Assembly: GCF_009914755.1 (NCBI RefSeq)
Contig: NC_060930.1
Strand: one strand, 5' to 3'
DNA: 64,000 nt
Source: the human T2T-CHM13v2.0 reference genome, Homo sapiens
Every line of letters begins with the position of its first letter. Position 1 is the stretch's first letter. The notes under the pieces are model-generated. The model was not told the DNA's origin. It worked only from the letters and a program-made list of their open reading frames with translations, and searched no databases. A program made the position numbers and the translations under genes. Positions 15,596 through 32,344 of this stretch are shown here, piece after piece.

Positions 15596-15923
15596 TTTTC
15601 TTTTCTTTCTTTCTTTCTTTCTTTTTTTTTTTTTTTGAGACAGAGTCTCGCTCTGTCGCCCAGGCTGGAGTGCAGTGGTGTGATCTCAGCTCACTGCAAC
15701 CTCTGCCTCCCAGGTTCAAGGTTCAAGTGATTCTCCTGCCTCAGCCTCCTGAGTAGCTGGGACTACAGGCACCTGCCACCATGCCCAGCTAATTTTTGTA
15801 TTTTTACTAGAGACGGGGTTTCACCGTGTTAGCCAGGGTGGTCTCGATCTCCTGAGTTCGTGATCCGCCTGCCTAGGCCTCCCAAAGGGCTGGGATTACA
15901 GGTATAAGCCACTGCGCCCAGCC
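15596..15923 (-). mobile_element. AluS
   Basis: Antisense Alu; TSD acagtagccttttct. Confidence 0.95.
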
Positions 15924-16383
15924 AACAGTAGCCTTTTCTATCGGGGAAATTTTCCAGCCCTGCAGAATCCTGGGCTAGATTATTGCAAACCCCGTTAGAC
16001 TCCTTATTAAAACCCTGCCATTTCAGCCTGTGTATACTCCACTCACCACCTGTATCACAATGGCCAATCACCCTCACGGAGCTGTGCATCCGTTCCTCAA
16101 GAACTATGCCACACATCACCCAGAAGATTGGGCAGCTTGGCAGCCCACTACTGACTAATACCTTCCATACGACTAACTAAAACATCTCTTCCACAGTAAC
16201 TATGGCTCCTCCCAGCCATTCTTTCCACCGCCTACCCCGGAATTACAATCAGGCCTATAGCATAAGCTCCAAGTCAATCTCTGGCATACAATTCATGGGG
16301 CAAAGACTTGGTATGAGGTCTCTAAAAAAAATGCAACTAACTAAAGGAGATCCTTTATAGGTAGAATGGCCTTGGTTGCTCTG

Positions 16384-16782
16384 TGATATACTTTGGATAT
16401 TTGTCCCCACCCAAATCTCATCTAGAATTATAATCCTCAATGCTGGAGGTGTGGCCTGGTAGGAGGTATTTGGATTATGGAGGTGGATCCCTCATGGCTT
16501 GGTGCTATCTCTGGAATAGTGAGGTCTCAAGAGATCTGGTCATTTAAAAGTGTGTGGCACCTCCCCTCTGCACACACACTCCCTCTCTTGCTGCTGCTTT
16601 AGCCAGGTGTGCACCTGCTCCCCCTTTGCCTTTCGCCATGAGGCCTCACTAGAAGCCAAGCAGACGCCAGCACCATGCTTCCTGTACAGCCGGTAGAAGC
16701 ATGAGCCAATTAAACCTCCTTTCTTGATAAATGACCGAGTCTCAGGTATTTCTTCATAACAATGCAAGAACAGCCTAATACA
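16384..16782 (+). mobile_element. MSTA-like MaLR solo LTR
   Basis: TG...CA ends; tgtccccacccaaatctcat; gagccaattaaacctc; ctaataca. Confidence 0.85.
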
Positions 16783-17556
16783 CTATACCTTTTACATCTA
16801 ATCTCTCTGGCTGTCCAGAAGACTTCAGGATGTCTCTCTGAGGACATGGATGGCTAAAAATGGTCAAATGAGAGTGAGAGTTCATCAACTTTCATTGAGG
16901 TGGACAAACAAAACAACATCTCTGTTTCTTGTCTATGTTGAGCTTACCAGAACCCAGGACTTCCCCCATTGGTCCCCATAGACACTTCTCAAAGTGGGGT
17001 AAGCAGAATGTTCTGCAAAGTTGTCATTTTCAGCCATCAGGCATATGTCATAATTATAGATTTGGAATTCCAGAGGCAGAATTAATTCTCTTTCTATAGA
17101 CAAGGTGATTGGGTCTCCAGCTAGCTGAGCTGTTTGCAGCCCCACCCAGAGCGAAAACTAGGAACGGGGGTGGGAGGTGTGTTGGGTGGATGGACCACAT
17201 ATAATGAGAGTGTAGTTAGAGAGACAGAGGGATGGTAGTGGATGTCCATGAGGGTGTCTATGGCTCCTTCTCCCCCAGGAATAAGATGGCAGACCATTGC
17301 CAAGCTCCCTCATCCTCCCCAACAGTGAGCAGGAAAATGCTGGCATCCCCCAATGGACCTGGTTCTAACTGGTTCTGGGCTTGGGGTGAGGCTGATAGTT
17401 GTTCTAGCAGATGAAGGTGTATGCTGTGGGTCAGGGACATTGAAGCAGAAACTTGGCCCTTCTCCAGTCACCTCTCCCTGTGCTAGATGGATTCATGCCT
17501 GCACTTTTGTTAGCAGGGCTTGACAGCCTTTTTTTGTTTTTTCCTGTAGTCACTAA

Positions 17557-17890
<334 letters not shown>

Positions 17891-17901
17891 TAAAAAAATA
17901 C

Positions 17902-18512
17902 TTTTTAAAAGAGCAATTTTAGGTTCACAGCAACATAGAGAGGATAGTACAGAGATTTCCCTTATACCACCTTCCCTGACACATGCATAGCCTCCCCATT
18001 ATCAACATCCCCACCAGAGTGGTGAATCGGTTACAACTGATGCACCTACATTGGCACGTCACCATCACCCAGTGTCCATAGTTTACATTAGGGTTCACTC
18101 TTGGTGTTGTACATTCTATGGGTTTGGACAAATGTGTAATGACCTGTATTCACTATTGTAGTGTCATAAAGAACAATTTCCCTTCCATAAAAGTCCTCTG
18201 TGCTCTGCCTCTTCATCCCTTCCTCCCCCAAGCCTCGGGAAACCACCTATCTTTTTATTTACTATCTCCATAGTTTTGACTTGTCCAGAGTGTCATGAAG
18301 TTGCAGTCATATAGTACGTGGTCCTTTGAGACTGGCTTCTTTCACTCGGTAAAATGCATTCACTTTTCCTCCATGTCTTTTTGTGGCTTGATAGCTCCTT
18401 TCTTTTTAGCACTGAATAATATTCCATTCTCTGGACATACCATAGTTTATCTATTCACCTACTTAAGGGCATCTTGGTTGCTTCCAAGTTTTGGCAATTA
18501 TGAATAAAGCTC
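17902..18512 (-). mobile_element. L1MC-like 3' end
   Basis: gtttacattagggttcactcttggtgttgtacattctatgggtttggacaaatg; tggttgcttccaagttttggcaattatgaataaagct. Confidence 0.8.
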
Positions 18513-19074
18513 AGTGACCATTTTTTTAAAATAAATTTTTGTATTTGTTTTTAATGACAAATGGAGAAATACTATCAGAAAAATAAGAAGCAGAAAATGG
18601 AATTCTACTGACCCAGAAGGAAAAGCCAATAAAAGCCATAGGTATTTGGTAAATATCCTCAGGACTGCTTTCTGAGTCCACAGTAGAGAGACCCTGTGGT
18701 TAAATGCCTACATAGCGTGGCAGTCTGAAGTCATTGCAGCCCAAATATCTTGAAGAGACACATCATCCACAGGTATACTTTAAAAATCTTCAGTTTCCTC
18801 TCCCACCCACTGTCCCACACTCAACTCAACTCTTGCTTCTCAAAACCCGTCCGAAAATATCCTCCTCCAATCCTAGCCAAGGTGCCTCTTATCTTTCTCC
18901 TCCTTCTTTCCTCTCAATTCTCATCAGAAAAGCCCAAAGGAGTTCCTTTGGCAAGATAGGTCTTTCTATAGAGAATGAGGAAGAGGAAGAAACCTAGTGG
19001 GCAAGGTTAGAATTCTCTTTTGGAGGTGGAGAGAGGGGAAAAGTGAGAAATCATTTTCCTGTCTTATATGTGCA

Positions 19075-19374
19075 TTTTTTTTTTTTTTTTGAGACAGAGT
19101 TTCGCTCTTGTTGCCCAGGCTGGAGTGCAATGGTGCAATCTCGGCTCACCACAACCTCCACTTCCTGGGTTCAAGCAATTCACCTGCCTCAGCCTCCTGA
19201 GTAGCTGGGATTACAGGCACCCACCACCACGCCCAGCCAATTTTTTTTATTTTTAATAGAGACTGGGTTTCTCCACGTTGGTCAGGCTGGTCTCAAACTC
19301 CTGACTTCAGGTGACCCACCAGCCTCGGCCTCCCAAAGTGCTGGGATTACAGGCATGAGCCACCGCGCCTGGCC
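19075..19374 (-). mobile_element. AluSq/Sp-like
   Basis: Antisense Alu; TSD tgtgcat. Confidence 0.95.
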
Positions 19375-19402
19375 TGTGCATCTTTTAAAAAGTGAATGTC
19401 TT

Positions 19403-19841
<439 letters not shown>

Positions 19842-20964
19842 CTAAATCTTTGCACACATCCACTATTACTGACCTAGGATACGTCTCCAAAAGTAGAGAT
19901 TCTGGTACATTACTTAGTATATTTTTGGCTACATATTTAGGCAGTGGCTTAAGTAGCCTACAAGTATATTTATAGGTGAGAAAAAGTCAGAGCTAGCATG
20001 GTGATTCTGTTCCATGGTGGCAAGGACTGAGGTTCTTATCCCATGGCTCTCCCATTTCTAGACATTGCTCTTGTCTTTCTGATCTATCACAATTTCATTC
20101 CAAACAGCAAAACAGGGAAAAGGAGGAACAACAGCCCTTTAAGGGCTTCACCTTGAGGTTACACACATCACTTCTGCTCTCGTCCCAGTGGCCAGAACTT
20201 TTTCATATACCCATTCCTAGCTGCCAGAGGAGCTGGCAATATTACCTTTTTATTCTGGTAGCCTGGCTAAAAATTCTATTACCATAGAAGAAGAGGTTAA
20301 TGAGCACCCATATTTTTAAGGTTTTGGATATATACTCCCTTATCAGTCTGCAGGAAGATTGTAGCAATTTACACTTCCATCACCCTTGCCAACACAGGAC
20401 GTTTTAAATATCTTGCCAAATTAATAAGTGAAGAAAATTATCATCACGCTATTTTATTTTGCATTTAATTTCTAGTGATGTTGGCAACATTTTTTTCTAC
20501 TGAAATACATGTTATAAGTGGCTACAACAATTTATTCTGAATTCAGGGTTAAGTGGGAAGTCCAGATTTCAAGATTAAACACTCTAATCTCGAAATGCAC
20601 ACCACTATCCAGGGCTATTTTGTTACAGTCAGTTCCAATTATGGTTACAGACAATTCCAGTCATGGTTCTCAGGGGTGATTCCTTTCCGTTCACCATGTA
20701 TGAACCTACTATTGTCAAGTAGGTCTGCCCTTGGGTTTTACTATTTCAAAGACATGCATGGTATGGTGAGGCAGCCTCCTTGAGGCTAGGGAGAGATTAC
20801 TCAGACCTTGAAGGGACTGCTGCTTGTCATTCCAGCTAGACTAGGGTCAGTGCTATCTTTGCTCATTTGGTTGTGCAGGTCACCCAGAACCGCTAATCCT
20901 AAATCACACTGGATAGCCTGAGCCAGGTCCACTAGAACTCCTGCCAGGTCTGGAAGTTGTCCCC

Positions 20965-21355
20965 TGTATCTGTCAGAAAAACTAGGTTACCCTGGGGTAA
21001 CAAACACTCCCAAATTTCAGTGTCTTAAAACAATGAATGTTTACATTATGTTTATGTTATTGTTATGTTTACGTTATGTTTACGTTATTGTCAGTCTTGG
21101 GTGGGTGTCACCTTTATCAAAAGATCAAGTTAATAGGGCATCACATCTGGAACACGGCCAGTCACTAACATGGTAAACATGCACTCACTCATAAAAGCTT
21201 TTCCTCGGAAGCCACAGATGTTACTTCCACTCACATTGGCTAAAGCAAGTCATTTGTCTATACCTAATTTCAAGGGGGAAGGAAGTGTAATGCCATCAAG
21301 TGTTCTGACGGAGAAAAGCCAGAAATGCTGGGGATAGCATTAATGACCACCACAC
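20965..21355 (-). mobile_element. Old MLT1 LTR
   Basis: gtaacaaacactcccaaatttcagtgtcttaaaacaa; cttccactcacattggctaaagcaagtca. Confidence 0.6.
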
Positions 21356-21487
21356 TCTATGCCCACGGAAGTGAGAGGTGGGAGAGCGGGCTTCACCGTT
21401 CAGGAGGGAGCGTCCAGAGTCATCTCAGCGGGTTTCCTAAGGGTCTAGGCGTGCCTCCCATGGCCCTTATTAGCCTATAGGTCCTTA

Positions 21488-21950
<463 letters not shown>

Positions 21951-22509
21951 TTAAGAAAGGTGGCCTCTTGCTTAGGGCAGTCGAGTCACCACACGGAAGG
22001 AGCTAGACTAGCAAGTAATATGCTATTTAGGTGATGTGGGGAAATAGAGGGGAAATGGTGGGTGGCTAGAATGAAAGGATATTGACCCACTATTGTCATC
22101 ATCACACCCTTACACATGTAGCCTTTAATCGCACACAGACTCTCAGCATGTCTGAGTTCACAAGTATGTCCAGACATGTCTCTAATATATAATTTTTTGC
22201 CAAAAAAATGAGTTATACCGTATATTCTGCATTATACTTTACCTTTTTTTCACTTCAAAATATTTGTGAAAACTCTATATAAAAGAGTGAAGGATCTCAA
22301 TATAATTTAGGATAGGGAGACTCAAATGAATTGTTAATTAAAAAATAGTGACCAATAGACTAATTAATCAATGTTAGAGTGAGAACTTTGGGGTCATGTT
22401 TTTAGATCTACAGCCCTACCCAGTACATTTGAATCTACATCTCTCTGTCTGTATATCTGTCTACCTACATACATACCTATCCATCATCTAACTAGCTATT
22501 TACTTTACC

Positions 22510-22875
22510 AGTGATGATGGGATAGGTTAGCCTCCAGTAACAAACAACTGAAATGTCAGTATCTTACTAAGTGTATTTCTCTATCCTACTACATGTCCAG
22601 TGCAGGCTGGGAAGACTTTGCTCTTCTAGCCAATTGGGAGCCAGGATGATGTAGGCTCCATTTATTTCACCCAACAGAGAGATAGAATATGGCAAAGCAC
22701 ACCCTAATTCTTAAAGCTTCACTCTGAAGTGATACATGTTTTTACTTCCACTCACAATTTATTGGCCAAAGCAAGTCTCATGGCCAAGCTAACTCCAAAG
22801 CAGAACTGCCGCCATGCAACCCTATCACATCCCCAAAAGAAACTAGAACATTTGCAAATGGCCCAGATGACACTC
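22510..22875 (-). mobile_element. Old MLT1 LTR
   Basis: cagtaacaaacaactgaaatgtcag; cttccactcacaatttattggccaaagcaagtc. Confidence 0.55.
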
Positions 22876-23667
22876 TGTTTATTTGTTTGAATTTCTCAAC
22901 AATTTGGCAGTAGAAACTGGGTTGGAATGGAGAGTAAAATCTTTCCTGATTTGAAAATCCTTTAAGAGGATCAAATGATTTAACCATATTAGTCAGAGTT
23001 TGCATCATAAACCATTTCCATTTCTATCTAAAACTATACTTTGTCCCTCCCCTTAATCCTCTGCTCATATAATATCAAACAAACCAGAAAGTAAAGAAGT
23101 ATCTGGCACTGGTAACACAGGGGGCAATTTTGTGATACGCCAAAAAGCTCAGCGTTATTCATTCTAGGTGATCTAAAACAAAATATGAATTTTGATTAAA
23201 TAGTTTAAAAATTATCTTAGATAATTGAATCTTAAAGCACTATTGGAAGTAATTCACATCAGGAAACTATTGTGAAAATAATATCAATCAATAATAATAT
23301 GTCACTTTGGCACCAGTTTATTTCAGATGTTGCCTACTGAATATATTGACTGGTGAAATGTTTGAGGTCCTTTTCAAAAAGTAGTAGATTATATAGATTA
23401 TAAGAAAACGACATCTGCAGCTGCTATATGATGTGTCTAAGGCATTATCATCTGTTGAATTTGTTGACGGATCCTAAGAGAACTTAGCCTTGGGGAGGAG
23501 AACAATGGAATAGGTCATCAGAGGGCAACTGAGACAAGGACAAGTTGTGTATCCACTGGAAGTAAGGTATACAGCCGTCTGTCAGGTGGGGGCTGGGACG
23601 AAAACCATAGCAGCTTGTTGAGCGCTGTGGAAGCTACAGATTTTGGGCAAACAGGTTCCAGTGATGA

Positions 23668-23961
<294 letters not shown>

Positions 23962-24352
23962 CCAGTGATGACCTTTGATGAAACTAGGCACAAATGCTTA
24001 TTTAGAACCAACCTCATCAACCCACTGGTAAATACACACCAGGCATGAGAAGAGAAAAATGAGAGAGATGGTGGGACCCCAAGGATGACAGTTTGCAACT
24101 CTCGGAAAGGAAAAACATGAACATGTTCCTATGTGTTAAAAAAAATCGAACTCCATTTTAATGGCTTTGCAACATCTTAGAGATTTGCTGACATTTATTC
24201 ATTTTCTTATTGTTAGTCATTAAGTTTATTTCTAATATTTCATTATTATAGATTATATTGAAATATATGCATAAAACTTTGTCTACATTTCAAATAATTT
24301 CATTGAGGTCAATCCCTAGAAGTGAAATCATCGGGTCAAAAGACACAAACAT

Positions 24353-24857
24353 TGTAGCAGTTTTGAAACATGACCCTAAAATTCTTTGCCACTCCTCTCA
24401 TGGAGAACCAGGGTCTATTTTCCCTCCCTTTGAATCTGGGTAGACTTATGACAACATCAACCAAGAGAGTACTCTGCCATTCAGTGTGATGGCTGGAGGA
24501 CTCATGCTTGGAGCCCTGAGCCACCATGTGAAAAATCGGGCTACCCTAAGGCCACCATGCTGTGAGGAGCCAAGCCACTTGAAGGCCACATGAATCATTC
24601 CACATACCTAGTTTTTGTATCACACCAGTCCAGGTGCCAAACTTGTGAGTGAACAAACCTTCAGTGGGTTCTAGGTACAGCTTCTGAGTCACCCCAAGCC
24701 TTCAAGTCCCCAGCCAAGGTACTACACATTACAGAGACAAACCATCCCCACTGTAGGCTATCCAAATCTGATCCACAGAATCTGCGAACACAATAAAATG
24801 GTTGTTTAAAGCCAAGGTTTCCGGGTAATTTTTTACACAGCTGTAGTAACTGGAACA
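24353..24857 (+). mobile_element. MLT1H/G-like solo LTR inserted in an old L1
   Basis: TG...CA ends with perfect 5-bp TSD AACAT. Confidence 0.8.
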
Positions 24858-25164
24858 AACATTTTTAGGGTTCTTGATATATGCTGTCAAATTGTTGTCT
24901 AAGCAGCTCATAGCAATTTGGCCTCCCACCTAGGATATATGAGTGTTCCCATCTCACTGCTCTTGATCCACACTGACAGATTTTAGAGTTTATCTCTTTT
25001 TTTCTTTTTACAGTTTTATTATAGAAAATAAATATTCACAAAAATTAGACAATAATATATTGAACACCCATGTACCTATCACCCAGTTTCAATAATTCCT
25101 GCTTATTTCATCTCTTCTGCTTCTTGTCCTGATTTCTACTTCCTATCAGCAGAGCAGTTATATG

Positions 25165-25365
25165 TCTTTTCTTCTCCTCCCCTTCTTCCTCCTCCTTCTT
25201 CTTCTTCTTCCTTCTTCTTTGAGAGAGGGTCTCACTCTATTGCCCAGGCTGGAGTTCAGTAGCATGATCCTAACTCATTGCAACATTGAACTCCTGGGCT
25301 CAAGTGATCCTTCAGCCTCACCCTTCCAAAGCGCTGGGATTACATGCGCCACCATACCCAGCAAA
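25165..25365 (-). mobile_element. Alu monomer with (CTT)n tail
   Basis: Antisense single-arm Alu. Confidence 0.75.
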
Positions 25366-25499
25366 GCTGCTGTATTTCTAGATCACTCTTTTTAAGTAAA
25401 AGCACATTTGCTTCTCCTAGTCGGTGAAGACCAGGATTTTCCAGAAATAGCCAGATTAGACACTAAACAAATAAACAGCAATGGAAGAAGAAAGGAAGA

Positions 25500-25760
25500 T
25501 AATAGCTACTATGTATTAAATAGGTACAATGAGCTAGGCACTACTCTAAACATATCATACAAAATAACTCATTTAAGTTTCATAGGGACCCTAAGAGGTG
25601 GGTAAAATTAATTCTCATCATCCCGTTTTACATATAAGGACATAGAGGTACAGGAAACAGCAATTTGTTAAAATTTGCACAGCTAGCTAGTATGTGGTGA
25701 AAACAGAAACTGAACTCAAGCAGTCAGGCTCCAAAGTCTATACTGATAAACACTGTACTA
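25500..25760 (-). mobile_element. MIR
   Basis: Antisense MIR (catcccgttttacatataagga; gaactcaagcagtc). Confidence 0.7.
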
Positions 25761-26906
25761 CATCATTTTTTCTCCAGGGACACCTGATTCTGTGGCTGGC
25801 TACAGCAAATTAGTTAGTGTGGCACATTGATCCGATTCCCTGATCTACCATTACTTCGGTTATTGAGGAGATATTTGAAGGCTGGAGGTATAATATGTTG
25901 CCATTTGATTGGGTGGCTGGAGAAGTATGGCTGTTTATGTGCAGAGCCTCGTAAAGAAAAAGCCAGCCCAGGAAAGAATTATAGCTTAATAAGGTCAGGG
26001 TTTTTATTTCATAAGGAGTTGGGTCTCATCCATATTAAAAGAAAAAAAAATGTAACCTTTGGATTAATATGGAGGAATGGTGTTGCTTCATAGCTAATTC
26101 CTAAGGAAGTAACAGAAAAAGTAAAAAAAAAAAAAACTCCTCCAAAAATCCACCAGCAGCAATCAGACGAGGAAAGGAGCACATGCTAATACCATAAGCC
26201 TCCAAAAAGGTGGTACAGGAAGAAAATAAGATTCTGGAGCTAAGCAGGACAGCATCTTGGCAGGGCTACCAATCCCAACTCTTTCACTCATGGGCCATAG
26301 AATCCCAAGCATTCTCATCAGTATTCTAAATCTGCAAAGAGCCCATCGGTATGCTTTATCCTTATCTTTTCTGTCTTCTGACTGCAGTGAATGAAAATGG
26401 CTGCTGGGGAGAAATTGGGTGAAACAGTCAACTGGAGTAACATGAATGAGAAGACTCCAGGGCTGTACTCTTAATTGGAGAAGGGAGCCAAAGCCTGTGG
26501 AAATGGGTACACCAGAGGGATGAACTGAGATAGAAATAAGCCCGGAGCTCAGGTTTTCTAATGAAGAAACATAGAAACATAGTCTCTGCTGAGCTCCCCC
26601 TGCCATGCCCAGAGGGTGCAAAAAAACAGGAAACACCCAGCCGCAAATTATAGCACTTTGGGGAAAACAAACTGGTCTCAGATAAGGTGGGAAGGCAGTC
26701 ACGAAGTCACCCACACTCCATCAGAGCAAACAGGGGGTTTGACAGAGCTGCCCGAACTTGAGCAAGATGAAAAGAATCAGCCCTGGCAAGGAGGCAGTGG
26801 TGCCTGCGGGGATGGGGGTGGAGTGGGGGTGGAAGAGACACAGCCTCACAGAAGACAAACACACACTACAGCCGGCCTGAGAATTCAACTCAAGGAAAAG
26901 AAGTGG

Positions 26907-27233
<327 letters not shown>

Positions 27234-27444
27234 TCACCCTTACCAGAGTCTCAAGCACAAGGCAGAGCAACCAGGTGATGAGGGCTTTCAGAAGAGGCCT
27301 ACTACAGAGAGGGGACATTGAGGAGAAGAGGAGGGAGGGTAGGAGAATATCCACAGGAGGCTTCCTCTTATCCCTTTGTATGATTCAAGGGAGTGAGCGA
27401 GTCAGCTCCCATTTTAGGACCGTTCCATAAACCCTTCAGAAGAC

Positions 27445-27620
27445 AGCTATTTGAGCACCACAACATGTAGGGCAGTAAGCTCTTTTCATGAATGAACTCA
27501 TCTAATCCTCACAGCAACCTTTAGATAGATATGATTATTGCTCCATTTTAGAGATAAGGAAACTTGCCCATGAGCACACAACTCTGGTCCCAGCAGGCTC
27601 TGGGTCCAGAGGCCTATCCA
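27445..27620 (-). mobile_element. MIR
   Basis: ctcatctaatcctcacagcaacc...ccattttagagataaggaaact. Confidence 0.7.
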
Positions 27621-28621
27621 TTATACTTCCTTGGCTCTCCTTTACTCAAAGAGAGGTCTAATCTTGCTCCAGAGGTGGAGGACCCCATGGCTTTACCAGG
27701 TAGGCAGAAAAACTAACCACAGACTGCCCAGCCTGGGAGAAGTTATGAGTTCTTTGATCCTCCTCCCCACTCCTAACCCCCGAGAGTTGCTGGGGAGAAA
27801 GGAGGACAGTGGCTCCATCCGGTTACACTCTCACAAACAAACCATATTTTCTATCTAAATAACCAGCTGAAATTAATCTGCTCTCTATTAAGTGTTAAGA
27901 TCTTTCTCTTAGGTAAATGAAAATCCCTTCACCAACAGGTTTAGCTTCCCAGGCTGTAGACTACACCCATGCATAAAACACCCACACAGGCACACAGGGC
28001 TTGCAGCAGTGTTTTACACAGACATAATTATGACTCACAAATAAGCATGGCTGGAGCTAAAGAGCTCAACTAGAAATTACATAAGCATGGATGACATCCA
28101 TTTTCTACTTGAGGAGTACTAACATGAAGCATTGTGGATTGGAGATTAAATTAACAGAAGGCAGAGTAGGCCATTTATTTGATGAATTCCTGCAAGTGGG
28201 GATCTGTCTTATAATCATGGGTCCACTGTGGGGGTGTAATAGTTCACCAATTAACAATAAACCCAATGATAAACCCAAAGGTTGCTTGCAGGAAGGCCCC
28301 TGGCCTGCAAATCAACGACTCTAAAAGTTTTTCTTTCTACACTTCATATCTGGTGTTCTAGAGTTGTTTATCTTTCCATGATCTCATTCCCACCTGTTTG
28401 CTGAAGAGAAGTGAGCTGATAAATTTTGATTGCTCCAAGAAAGTAGCCAAATTCTATCAAACTCAAGTTAAAAATAAGAAAGGAGGACACTGCTAGGACC
28501 CTCAGCTCAGAAGCATGGGGGAAACAGGAAGTGTCTACATCATGCAGGGTAGCAAAAGTGTTCCATCCAAAGGTTGTACGCTCCACTCTATTTAGCCCCG
28601 TCTGTCTTATTTGTTATTTAA

Positions 28622-28976
<355 letters not shown>

Positions 28977-29029
28977 TGAGAATAGGAGAGATAGAAGAAG
29001 TTGATTGTGGCCCTACCTCCAATGATCTA

Positions 29030-29062
<33 letters not shown>

Positions 29063-29517
29063 GCTTTCTGTATGGCATGTCCACATGTCGGCACATGTAA
29101 AGGTGTTAATTATGAAGACATAGAAGGTACAGGGTAGTAGTTACCTCAAATAAAGAACAATGACTGAGAGCTGTATTGGCACAGGTCACAGTCCCTTCCT
29201 GAGGGAGGTAGATCGATGCAGGAAATCATCACATATATTGGGAGACTCTGGGGGCCACCCCTGATTCAATCTTGGGTGTTTAGATTCCATTGAGAACGAG
29301 TCAGTAAGGACTACTACCATTTAGGGACATTGTGCATATAGGAGGGTTTGGAATGTGCACATGTTTAGACGACAGACAGCAGTGAAGGATCCAGGAAGGG
29401 GGACAGGAAAAGGAGAAGGATCAGGGGAAAACCATGGAAGCCAACAGAGTAGAGAGTTTCAAGAAGGACAAGGTGAGCTAAAAGTTCAAATATTCATCCT
29501 CTTGAGTCTTTTCGCTA

Positions 29518-29893
<376 letters not shown>

Positions 29894-30018
29894 TCAAGAG
29901 TCCTTTCTCACTCTCAACCCAGTCCCTGAGTGATTCAACCTATATTCATGGTATCATAGTTTCAACTATCTCCTGCCTACATGGTGAAGACTCTCAAACC
30001 TACTCCTCCTGCCTAGAC

Positions 30019-30078
<60 letters not shown>
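30019..30078. repeat. (CT)n(GT)n microsatellite
   Basis: Directly visible. Confidence 0.95.
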
Positions 30079-30080
<2 letters not shown>

Positions 30081-30524
30081 TTTAGGCTCACTTTTTTCAA
30101 CTACCTACTAAACAATTTCCCCTAAATACTCCACAGTCCCCCAAATATCCCACAGTCCCCTAAATACCCCACAATCCCTACGGAACTTTTCACTCTTCTT
30201 GTCTGGAACTCTCAGCTGGACACACCATTACCTAACAAGTACCCAAGCTGGAAACCTGTGAAACCTCTTTGATAACTCTTTCACATCCAATCCCTGAGAC
30301 TTGATGCTTTGGGCTCTTGAACATTTCCAAGATCATCACCCCATTTCCAGCCAGAGTTCCAGCCTCATCATCCCCCACCACAGTAATCTCCTGTTATCGG
30401 TCTCCCCATCTCTATCCTGCCTCCCTTGAGCCCATCCTTCCCACATCCTCAGAGGCATCTGAATGTACAGTCCACCATTTCATTCTCCTGCCTATGTTTA
30501 TTTCTATTAGATGTTGAGCTCCTT

Positions 30525-30952
30525 TAGGACTTGCTGGACACCTTCCATTTGCTGGGTCCAGATTCTCTCTCTACACATCTCTTTCCTACTATGCTCCAGG
30601 AGGCTGATGTGTGAACAACACCAGTGGCTTTCTCCCTCACTGGTTCCAGGAGAGTGAGGTCAGGGTGTTATCCCCAGCTTCCTGCTCAATGACTATGCCC
30701 TTGATTTAAGACCAAGACCACACCTCGTCAGGAAGCATCACCACACAGCTTGCTGGTACTTCTCCTTCACCTCCCATGTTCCAGAAACTACTCCCCGGCT
30801 CCCAATTTCAGGTCTAGGAATGGTCATGGATTCCCACTATTACCAGCCTTAGGAGACTACACTATCCCATGTGGTTGCCTAAACTCTGTCTACATTCTCT
30901 TCAAGTTACCCAATATGAAGTGCCATCTGTTTTCTGCCAGAATCCTGACACG
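30525..30952 (+). mobile_element. LTR33-like ERVL LTR
   Basis: gagtgaggtcagggt; 3' end gtgccatctgttttctgccagaatcctgaca. Confidence 0.55.
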
Positions 30953-31182
30953 AGGACAGAGATGGCTCCTTATTTACCTCTGTGGCCTCATATCCAGCAT
31001 AGCGCTTGGCATTCAGTAGGTGCTCCATAAAGGTTGAATAAATAAATGTGTCACCCTGCTACAGTTTGCCAAGTCATGCCCAAACATGTCTGAGATACCA
31101 GAAAGTAGTGGTAATTAATGAACTCAAGAGGAGCTAGAAGGACATGCTTCCAAAAGCAGAGGTCGGGAAAGATTAGAGGAAA

Positions 31183-31802
<620 letters not shown>

Positions 31803-32344
31803 TTAGAGGAAAGAGAGAATGGCCTGAATCTTCCTAGTAAATTAAGGAGAAAGGGACTTTGCCTTTGGAATGTGAAGAACAGTTGGAACAATTGATGTGA
31901 GAGATGAGATATGGAAGATATAGAAACAAGAACTGTCGATTAGCAGAGCAAGCTGAGTGGGTGTAAGCATTTGTTTGCATTTGCACTATTTATAGTGTGC
32001 CAAGGCAGCAATTCTCTGACTTGGATGCAAGAACCAAATTCAAATAAACGTTGATGAAGCACTCCCATGTGCCAGGCATTGTGTTAGGATCTGGAGACAT
32101 GGTAGTGAATAAGACATAATTTTTATCCTCAAAAAGATCACAGCAGAGAGGGGAAGACAAACACATAAACAGATCATTGCAAGGCCATCTGGTAAGTACT
32201 AGAATAATGGTATGTGGAAAGTGCCAACAGACAGTCATTCAATCCAGCCCAGAGTAGAGGATAAGGAGGAAGTCCAGAAACACTTCCCAAGCTCTTAGAG
32301 GGATCCCAGAAGAGCCATCCAGATGAAGAACAACTTAAAGTTGG

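Noticed and set aside
28031-28084. TGACTCA (AP-1) near TTACATAA (D-box)
   Set aside because: Isolated short motifs occur by chance; no independent support in the sequence
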